32,000 nt of DNA, taken from assembly GCA_002952755.1 (NCBI GenBank), contig CP025011.1, forward strand, positions 660,001 through 692,000. The letters are read 5' to 3'. Positions 25,571-32,000 of the stretch are shown one piece after another; within the stretch, counting starts at the first letter, position 1, and every line of letters starts with the position of its first letter. The notes beneath the pieces were generated by a model, which saw nothing but the letters and a program-made list of their open reading frames with translations, ran no database searches and was not told where the DNA came from. This stretch comes from Candidatus Saccharimonadota bacterium (GTDB taxonomy: Bacteria; Patescibacteriota; Saccharimonadia; Saccharimonadales; UBA4665). The position numbers and the translations under genes were made by a program.

Positions 25571-25755
25571 TTACAGAATTTACTGAGGGGGTTTGATGAG
25601 GGGGATGGTGCCTTTAGGAAGAGGGAGTTGGGGTTGAGGAGCCTTAAGGTATATGACAAGGGGTGGCGGATAGTATTCATATAAAAGATACATTCTGGAT
25701 CAGGGCGAAATGGTAGGAGCATTACTTTACCGACCTACTCTCTGGTAACAGATTT

Positions 25756-25764
25756 TGATATAGT
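25756..25764 (+). promoter_or_regulatory. extended -10 promoter of pheS with a very short leader or none
   Basis: TGaTATAGT is followed by 9 nt and then the ATG at 25774. No convincing SD is present. Confidence 0.4.
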
Positions 25765-25773
25765 AGAGATAAG

Positions 25774-26829
25774 ATGAACTATACCAATCCCCGCATTGCT
25801 GAAGTTGCCGTTCAACTGCATACGCGCTTGAGCGAATCGCAAGACCCGGCTGAAATTTTAAAGGCCACCGAACTACGCGCGCTCTATGCCGAAATTCCGA
25901 CATTGCCGCCTGAGGAGCGAGGTGCATTCGGCAAAGAGATAAATCTTCTTAAATCAGACTTAGAGCGGGCTATTGCTGAGCGGCAAGAAACCGCCGAAGC
26001 GTTGCCATCGATCGACATTACTGCGCCATTTGACACGAACATTGCTCCAGATAAACGGCCGAAATTACTCGCCGCCGACAATGGCAGCGCGCACCCTCTT
26101 ATGACTGAGTTGGACGCCATTGTCGATATTTTCTATCGGATGGGCTTTACGGTAGCCGAATCGCGTCAATTGGACGACGAGTATCATATGTTTACCAGCC
26201 TGAATTTTCCCGAAGGTCATCCGGCACGTGATGACTACGACACTTTCATGACTACTCAAACCGACAAAAACGGCCACCCGCTCATTGCTCCAGCCCATAC
26301 CAGTACCATGCAGAATCGCATGCTCCAAAAGTACCGATCTAATCTTGGGGCGGGCAAGCCGATTGCCATACTCGTCCCTGATCGCGTTTTTCGGAACGAA
26401 GATCTTGACGCCCGTCACGAGCACACTTTCTATCAATACGAAGGGATGTACGTTGACAAAGGGGTGCATGCCGGTCATTTGGTGGCGACACTTAAAGCAT
26501 ACTTTAAGGCTTATTTTGAGCGCGATATAGAAGTGAAAATTCAGCCGTTCTACTTTCCATTCACCGAGCCAAGTTTTGAATTTGCTGCGAGCTGCCCGTT
26601 TTGTGAGGGCAAGGGTTGTAACATATGCAGCTATAGTGGCTGGATTGAGCTCGGCGGTTGCGGCATGATTCATCCGAACGTACTACGTATGGCCGGTATT
26701 GACCCAGCCGAGTACACTGGCTATGCCTGGGGTTTTGGAGTGGAGCGTATGGTAATGGTCAAGCGGGGTATCGAAGATATTCGCCTGTTTGAAAGTGGCA
26801 AACTTGAATTCCTAAAGCAGTTCGCCTGA
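25774..26829 (+). CDS. pheS: phenylalanine--tRNA ligase alpha subunit
   Basis: 351 aa. HPLMTELDAIVDIFYRMGF, FPEGHPARD, FRNEDLDARHEHTFYQYEGM and GFGVERMVM are class II PheS motifs. Confidence 0.95.
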   Translation: MNYTNPRIAEVAVQLHTRLSESQDPAEILKATELRALYAEIPTLPPEERGAFGKEINLLKSDLERAIAERQETAEALPSIDITAPFDTNIAPDKRPKLLAADNGSAHPLMTELDAIVDIFYRMGFTVAESRQLDDEYHMFTSLNFPEGHPARDDYDTFMTTQTDKNGHPLIAPAHTSTMQNRMLQKYRSNLGAGKPIAILVPDRVFRNEDLDARHEHTFYQYEGMYVDKGVHAGHLVATLKAYFKAYFERDIEVKIQPFYFPFTEPSFEFAASCPFCEGKGCNICSYSGWIELGGCGMIHPNVLRMAGIDPAEYTGYAWGFGVERMVMVKRGIEDIRLFESGKLEFLKQFA

Positions 26830-26845
26830 AGAAGAAAGGATATAC

Positions 26846-27247
26846 ATGCCAACTACTCCTAAGAACAAAACGGCCCTTACTCTCGAAGATTCAGCCTTGT
26901 GGCAGCTCGCCAAGAGTATGAGCGAGGCCGTGCGTAAGGTTGTCGCTGCGGTTCCTTATGAAGATCATTACACTTTCGCGTCAACCGCCATCCAGAACAG
27001 TACGCTCACCGCATCAGATATCGCGTTTGCCGTAGGCAAGGGGTCTGATGCCTCTCTATTCGACTATCACTATGCTCGTGGCCACCTATTTACAGCCAAA
27101 GGTTTGCTGCTCATGGCGCAGGATCTTAAGATTATCGCCATACCCAAGAGCTTGCTGAATGATTTCGACAAGCTGCAGCTACTCATCGAGCATGAAATTG
27201 ACAGGCTTGAGCAATCAGATGCCACAAAAAAGGAAGGCAGTAGATAG
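26846..27247 (+). CDS. four-helix-bundle protein (23S rRNA intervening-sequence protein family, TIGR02436-like)
   Basis: 133 aa. The pattern P.E..Y.....(Q)....S...IA...G.......DY.YARG...E....L.MAQDLKII loosely matches this family. The match is diverged, so the call is tentative. Confidence 0.55.
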   Translation: MPTTPKNKTALTLEDSALWQLAKSMSEAVRKVVAAVPYEDHYTFASTAIQNSTLTASDIAFAVGKGSDASLFDYHYARGHLFTAKGLLLMAQDLKIIAIPKSLLNDFDKLQLLIEHEIDRLEQSDATKKEGSR

Positions 27248-27249
27248 AT

Positions 27250-27711
27250 ATGGCAGAGCCGACGCTCTTTGACAAGATTGTTACCGGGACGATTCCTAGC
27301 TTTAAGGTTTGGGAAGACGACCAGTATCTAGCCTTTTTAACGCCATGGCCGAATACGCCAGGCTTTACCGTGGTCGTACCTAAAGTCAATCCTGGCGATA
27401 ATTATATTGATGTTGGCGATGCTGCCTACACCGGTCTGCTTTTGGCGGCCAAAAAAGTTGCCGTTGGTCTTGGGAAAGCGTTTGACGTTACCCGTGTTGG
27501 TTTAGTAATCGAAGGCGAGGGCGTGCCGCATCTGCATGTCAAACTCATTCCGATGCACGGCCAAAGTGACGGCCGCCATTCCCACGCTAGCCATAGTGAA
27601 TTTTATGAGCAATATGCCGGCTATCTGACCACCATCGAGGGGCCGCGTATGAGCGATGACGAACTAGCAACAACCCAACAGAAAATCATAGAGGCTGTAC
27701 GTGAAAATTAG
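27250..27711 (+). CDS. HIT (histidine triad) family protein
   Basis: 153 aa with the triad GVPHLHVKLIP. The N-terminus LFDKIVTGTIPSFKVWEDDQYLAFL is typical of HIT/Hint proteins. Confidence 0.85.
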   Translation: MAEPTLFDKIVTGTIPSFKVWEDDQYLAFLTPWPNTPGFTVVVPKVNPGDNYIDVGDAAYTGLLLAAKKVAVGLGKAFDVTRVGLVIEGEGVPHLHVKLIPMHGQSDGRHSHASHSEFYEQYAGYLTTIEGPRMSDDELATTQQKIIEAVREN

Positions 27712-30262
27712 TCTAAACACCATCAAATATCTTAACGAGCACTACCACTCGGCAGGCGACCCTGCACCGGATGGTGCCGACGCGTTAATCCAGAAAATTG
27801 GTGCCCAGCTGGGTGCTGTCGAGGAAATCATACCATTCGGTAAGCGCTTCGAAGGAGTGGTTATCGCTCGAGTCGTTTCTTGCATCGATCATCCGGATTC
27901 CGACCATCTCCATATTTGTAAGATCGACGATGGCGGCCAGACTGAGGGCGTGGAGCGCGACGAACATGGCCATGTGCAAGTGGTTTGCGGCGCGCCAAAC
28001 GTCCGCGAAGGACTCACGGTTGCCTGGCTGCCTCCCGGCGCAACAGTGCCCGAGTCGTTAAACGACGCCGAGCCATTTGTACTGTCGGCGCGGCCCTTGC
28101 GGGGTGAGATGAGCAACGGGATGCTGGCAAGCGCCCGCGAACTAGCGATTAGCGACAGCCACGAAGGCATTTTGGAAATCGACGGCGACATTGCGCCGGG
28201 TACGCTTTTCGTTGATGCTTACCATTTGCGGGATGATCAGATTGTCGACATAGAAAACAAAATGTTCACGCACCGACCAGATTGTTTTGGGTATCTTGGC
28301 GTAGCGCGGGAGCTGGAAGGTATCCAGGGAAGGGCATATAAGAGTCCAGAATGGTATCGCATGGACCCCGACTTTCCTGGGATAGAAGCTGAAGCGTTAC
28401 CCTTGGAGGTACGTAATGAGCTGCCAGATCTGGTACCTCGTTTTACTGCCATCGCCATGCGTGATGTCACTGTCGGCCCCAGTCCGGTGTGGTTGCAGGT
28501 GGACCTTGCTCGACTAGGCTTACGCTCCATTAATAATATCGTTGATTACACCAACTGGTACATGATGCTTACCGGCCAGCCGCTTCATGCCTACGATTAC
28601 GACAAAGTCCGCGCACGAAGCGAGGGTGATGTGGCTACGATCATGGTCCGCAAACCAAACGAGGGTGAAAAAATAACCTTGCTGAATGGCAAAGAGATTG
28701 CACCTCGCCAGGACGCCATTATGATCGCCACCGATACTATGCTGATAGGTGTCGGCGGGGTAATGGGCGGCGGTGACACCGAGGTGGACATGCATACCAA
28801 GAATATCATTTTGGAATGCGGTACCTTTGACATGTATTCGATTCGCAAAACGAGCATGGCGCACGGCGTGTTTAGTGATGCTGTCTCGCGGTTTAACAAA
28901 GGTCAGAGTCCTTTGCAAAACCTGGCTGTGCTTTGGAAAATTATGGACCAGATCCGCGGCAATGCCGGCGGCAAAGTAGCAAGTCCGGTCATCGACATCA
29001 GGCACTTGCCTGACGGGGCTTGGGAGCGGGGGAATATTCATCCGCCAGTAATCGTCACACCTCAGTTTATAAACGATCGACTTGGCTTGAGTCTATCTAT
29101 CGAAGCCATCGAGGCATTGCTCGTAAATGTTGAGTGCAAGGTAGAAGTACATGATGGCCAGTTAACGGTTATGGCACCCTTTTGGCGTACTGACATTGAA
29201 ATACCAGAAGATGTTGTCGAAGAAGTTGGGCGGCTGTATGGCTATGATCATCTGCCGTTAGCGTTGCCGCACCGGGATATCACGCCTGCAGATAAAAACG
29301 AAATGTTCGAGAAGAGGACGCGCGTGCGCCAGGTTCTCGCTGCTGCAGGCGCGAACGAAATGCTCAGCTACGCCTTTGTACACGGCAAATTACTCGATAG
29401 AGTCGGTCAACAACGCATGAACGCGTATGAATTGAGTAATGCGCTCAGTCCTGACTTACAGTACCTTCGATTGAGCCTTACGCCAAGTTTGCTAGACCGG
29501 GTGCATGCCAATATCAAAGCGGGCTACGATCAATTTGCATTGTTTGAAATGAACAAGACCCATTGCGTAGGCATACAGGATCCAAGCGAGCCGGATGTGC
29601 CGCTAGAAGTGCTCCGTCTTGGATTGGTCGTAGCAATGAATGATAAGTCGGCTGCCCAAAGTGTGCATGGTGCACCGTTTTACCAAGCAAAGCGTTACCT
29701 GGAAGAGGTGACACTGGGCAGCATTCGGCAATTGGTCCCGCTCAAAGACTTTGAGTTTGGTGAAGATATCTGGGCCCGCGAACTATGTGCGCCATATGAG
29801 GCGGGCCGTAGTGCGGTTATTATGCAGGATGGTATGGTGAAAGGCGTTGTTGGCGAATTTCGCTCAAACGTCCGAAAGGCACTGAAACTTCCTGCTTTTA
29901 CGGCTGGATTCGAACTTTCGTTAGATATGTTGCCTGTAACTTCAGGTGAAAGCTACACGCCCTTGCCACGCTTCCCAAAGGTAGAGCAGGACATTTGCTT
30001 AAAAGTGTCTGCCGATAAGACCTACCAGGAAGTGTTCGATTTGGCTTGGGACAGTATTGGTGGGGTATTGCCAGAAACAGCACTCGCCACACTGAGCCCT
30101 GTCGACATTTATCAGCGCGATGACGATCCCAGCCATCGGCAGATCACATTGCGCCTGAGCATTGCCAGCTACGAACGCACGCTCACCGACGAAGAAGTGA
30201 CCAAAATACTCGACCACGTTGCGCTCACCGCAGCTGAAAAGCTCAACGCCGTACGTATCTAA
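27701..30262 (+). CDS. pheT: phenylalanine--tRNA ligase beta subunit
   Basis: 853 aa. The GTG start overlaps the HIT gene by 11 nt. The tRNA-binding, B3/B4, B5 and C-terminal FDX-ACB-like regions are recognisable (for example HICKIDDG and FWRTDIEIPEDVVEEVGRLYGYD). Confidence 0.9.
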   Translation: MKISLNTIKYLNEHYHSAGDPAPDGADALIQKIGAQLGAVEEIIPFGKRFEGVVIARVVSCIDHPDSDHLHICKIDDGGQTEGVERDEHGHVQVVCGAPNVREGLTVAWLPPGATVPESLNDAEPFVLSARPLRGEMSNGMLASARELAISDSHEGILEIDGDIAPGTLFVDAYHLRDDQIVDIENKMFTHRPDCFGYLGVARELEGIQGRAYKSPEWYRMDPDFPGIEAEALPLEVRNELPDLVPRFTAIAMRDVTVGPSPVWLQVDLARLGLRSINNIVDYTNWYMMLTGQPLHAYDYDKVRARSEGDVATIMVRKPNEGEKITLLNGKEIAPRQDAIMIATDTMLIGVGGVMGGGDTEVDMHTKNIILECGTFDMYSIRKTSMAHGVFSDAVSRFNKGQSPLQNLAVLWKIMDQIRGNAGGKVASPVIDIRHLPDGAWERGNIHPPVIVTPQFINDRLGLSLSIEAIEALLVNVECKVEVHDGQLTVMAPFWRTDIEIPEDVVEEVGRLYGYDHLPLALPHRDITPADKNEMFEKRTRVRQVLAAAGANEMLSYAFVHGKLLDRVGQQRMNAYELSNALSPDLQYLRLSLTPSLLDRVHANIKAGYDQFALFEMNKTHCVGIQDPSEPDVPLEVLRLGLVVAMNDKSAAQSVHGAPFYQAKRYLEEVTLGSIRQLVPLKDFEFGEDIWARELCAPYEAGRSAVIMQDGMVKGVVGEFRSNVRKALKLPAFTAGFELSLDMLPVTSGESYTPLPRFPKVEQDICLKVSADKTYQEVFDLAWDSIGGVLPETALATLSPVDIYQRDDDPSHRQITLRLSIASYERTLTDEEVTKILDHVALTAAEKLNAVRI

Positions 30263-30429
30263 CTTCTGTTCTAGAAGCGACGTCGTCATACCGGACTCGA
30301 TCGCTGCCCGAATACAAGGACGGCGAGGGGGCTCCCTATGACGGGATCGGTAAGACGATCAACGATGCCGAGTATTCTATCCGCCTTTTACATAGCTGTT
30401 AGCGGTCGGCTAACGGATCAAAGTGCCGC

Positions 30430-30807
30430 CTATGCTGTATGTACGTGCAACCACTGCACAATCGCAGGAATATCTAACTTGTCGGTAGCTATTTTTACCG
30501 CAAAGTCTTCAAGTTCACCTAACTTAGCCTTAAAGAGAACGCCATTAATTTCTAAGAGTGTTAGCCCTGCAAGCATAGCCGTACGTTTATTGCCGTCCAC
30601 ATAAGGATGATCAGCAATAATGCCGCGAATCATTGCTGCAGCCTTATCAATAAGGCCAGGGTACAGCTCTTCGTCGAAAACATTTTGAGTTTGTGCGGCA
30701 ATTGCAGCCTCCAGCCTGCCAAGATCTCGTAAGCCTATGCTACCGCCTGTAGCTTCGACAACGAGGGAGTGTAGTTCAAAGAGTTGCTCGAGGGATAAGA
30801 TATTCAT
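30430..30807 (-). CDS. doc: type II toxin Doc (Fic-fold, death-on-curing family)
   Basis: 125 aa with the Fic/Doc motif HPYVDGNKRTA. It overlaps the upstream antitoxin gene by 4 bp. Confidence 0.85.
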   Translation of the reverse strand: MNILSLEQLFELHSLVVEATGGSIGLRDLGRLEAAIAAQTQNVFDEELYPGLIDKAAAMIRGIIADHPYVDGNKRTAMLAGLTLLEINGVLFKAKLGELEDFAVKIATDKLDIPAIVQWLHVHTA

Positions 30808-31025
30808 CGCTTTGCGAGATTATCAAAATCTTTCTGGTAATCGCTAAGGATTTTTTTAGCCGTGGCTAGGACCTGCTGGTCCTCGCTATTCTTATTATGA
30901 AGAGGACGAACGATTACTTCAACTTCATCGCCGAAAGCGATGTTCTGTCTTTTAAGATCTTTAGCAGGGATGGTTACGCCGCCACTCGAACCTATTTTTA
31001 TAACTTTTTGTATACTTTGAATCAT
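30804..31025 (-). CDS. AbrB/MazE/SpoVT-fold antitoxin (Phd-equivalent partner of Doc)
   Basis: 73 aa. VIKIGSSGGVTIPAKDLKRQNIAFGDEVEV is a swapped-hairpin AbrB-type DNA-binding domain. Confidence 0.8.
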   Translation of the reverse strand: MIQSIQKVIKIGSSGGVTIPAKDLKRQNIAFGDEVEVIVRPLHNKNSEDQQVLATAKKILSDYQKDFDNLAKR

Positions 31026-31026
31026 A

Positions 31027-31060
31027 GATATATTATAACAACGTTATAATATATCGTCCA
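31027..31060 (-). promoter_or_regulatory. toxin-antitoxin promoter overlapped by a 13-bp perfect palindrome (putative operator); predicts a leaderless mRNA
   Basis: GATATATTATAAC (31027-31039) pairs with GTTATAATATATC (31043-31055). On the minus strand: TGGACG, a 17-nt spacer, TGtTATAAT, then 6 nt to the ATG at 31025. Confidence 0.5.
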
Positions 31061-31271
31061 GGATAAAATGTGCATGGCTGAAAGCATTATTCGAGGAGAA
31101 AAAGATGTAACCTCCCTATAATGCCTTTAGGGCTCAATCCGCGGCAACTATCGTAATGATTTCTTGTAATACTTCTTCGTAAATAGAATCATTTAAGGAT
31201 TACTGGGCTCCCGTCATTGACTCCCGGACATTCTTGGGGCATCATGTGAGAATATCAAAGCGGGAGGGTAG

Positions 31272-32000
31272 ATGTCAGAGCAACTTCTTACGCCGTACAT
31301 CGGACGAAATAATGGACGAATCCTCGCCCCAGACCCTAATGGTCCTGAATGGCAGCGAGAAGCAGCATGTCAGCCTGCAGTTGTGGAAAACGGGCCTGGT
31401 TATACTATGCTGTTCCGCGGTATCCCGACTCGCGAGTTTGCCGAACCGGGAAAATATAGATCAAGCATCGGGCTAGCAGATAGTAACAACGGCATCGACT
31501 GGGTTATTCGAGACGAGTCCCTTGAGATCCGGCATTTTCCAGAAGCACACGACCTAGGGGAAGAAGATGCAGGGGTAATACAGATAAGCCCTAATAGTAA
31601 TAGATATGCCGTAACATGGAATAATGCCACTTATGGGGAAGATGGCAGAATACGCGTGGGCATCGGGGGTGCTATCGTAAAAGACAACTTCGAGACCGTT
31701 GAAAGTCAGACTCCTGTCATACTAGAATCGCTCCGACCTGGCTGGATGAGAGCCAAGGGTCTTGCTCTCTTTCCCGAAGAACTCGCTAATGGCAACAGGC
31801 CCTTTTTTGTTACGCTAGGCGCAGATGGACCGTATGATCTTATTGCCTATGATGAAGACCACTCTTTAGATGACATATTCCGGCTTGGTGAATCACCAAG
31901 CATCATTACCCCAGAGGATGTAGCAAGGATGTATGTTGAAAATATATATTTGCCTAACCTCGAAGAAGAAGTAGCTAGCGGAGGCCTCTTTAGGCGTTTT
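31272..32000 (+). CDS. GH130/DUF377-like beta-propeller glycosidase-related protein (3' end beyond the window)
   Basis: Hand-translated frame, open for 243 codons to the window edge and absent from the track because it has no stop. A GGGAGG SD lies 5 nt upstream. PDPNGPEWQREAACQPAVVENG...YTMLFRG...SSIGLADSNNGIDW resembles the GH130 N-terminal blades. Confidence 0.55.
   Translation, partial: MSEQLLTPYIGRNNGRILAPDPNGPEWQREAACQPAVVENGPGYTMLFRGIPTREFAEPGKYRSSIGLADSNNGIDWVIRDESLEIRHFPEAHDLGEEDAGVIQISPNSNRYAVTWNNATYGEDGRIRVGIGGAIVKDNFETVESQTPVILESLRPGWMRAKGLALFPEELANGNRPFFVTLGADGPYDLIAYDEDHSLDDIFRLGESPSIITPEDVARMYVENIYLPNLEEEVASGGLFRRF

Noticed and set aside
25570-25773. A T-box leader or Phe leader-peptide attenuator upstream of pheS.
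   Set aside because: There is no AGGGTGGNACCGCG-type T-box sequence; GGGGTGGCGGATAG is only a loose resemblance. No specifier-loop architecture, terminator/antiterminator pair or Phe-rich mini-ORF could be identified.
26065-26673. 202-aa minus-strand ORF inside pheS. Similar long antisense ORFs lie inside pheT (28520..29041), rmuC (18453..18923), the GH63-like gene (21903..22409) and typA.
   Set aside because: Each lies entirely antisense to a gene with unmistakable family motifs. None has a recognisable domain or a translation signal.
31234-31476. Track ORF of 80 aa at the right end.
   Set aside because: It overlaps a different frame (31272 onward) that stays open for 243 codons to the window edge. 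That frame has a GGGAGG SD and GH130-like motifs.
1-32000. A scan for CRISPR arrays, rRNA genes, intact IS elements or transposases, and tandem repeats.
   Set aside because: No regularly spaced direct repeats, rRNA signatures or transposase-like ORFs were seen. The only recombinase is the truncated serine recombinase at the left edge.

Overview
The window is a compact, mostly housekeeping chromosomal stretch of about 50% GC with short intergenic gaps. The gene content looks like a small-genome bacterium, possibly Patescibacteria or Saccharibacteria-like; that placement is inference only. I can support about 37 protein genes, 36 above the 60-aa track threshold plus one 45-aa ORF at 4751-4888. 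A second, weaker small ORF (6968-7108) is listed at low confidence. The recognisable ones are metK, rarA, typA, rmuC, yajQ, pheS and pheT, two NUDIX hydrolases, an ArsR/SRPBCC/DHFR-family cassette, a PadR-PspC pair, a CapA/VanY-like/GH63-like envelope group and a Doc/AbrB toxin-antitoxin pair. There is one tRNA-Gln(CUG) and a SAM-I-superfamily-like riboswitch ahead of metK. The 3' end of a large serine recombinase gene sits at the left edge. No CRISPR array, rRNA or intact IS element is present. The most unusual feature is the roughly 920-bp ORF-free gap between yajQ and pheS. It holds a dyad-symmetric block (24984-25570) made of two diverged, inverted copies of one ~215-bp element. Each copy carries a short hairpin and a long perfect hairpin. 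The long stems have diverged with fully compensated changes while two loop blocks stay identical. A GC-rich hairpin sits in the centre and recurs downstream of typA. I cannot assign this block to any described RNA or mobile-element family. A second recurring pattern is a -10-like hexamer, often with a TGn extension, placed 6-9 nt upstream of the ATG of 11 genes. This suggests widespread leaderless transcription. All calls rest on reading the sequence and recalling family motifs. No database search was run.
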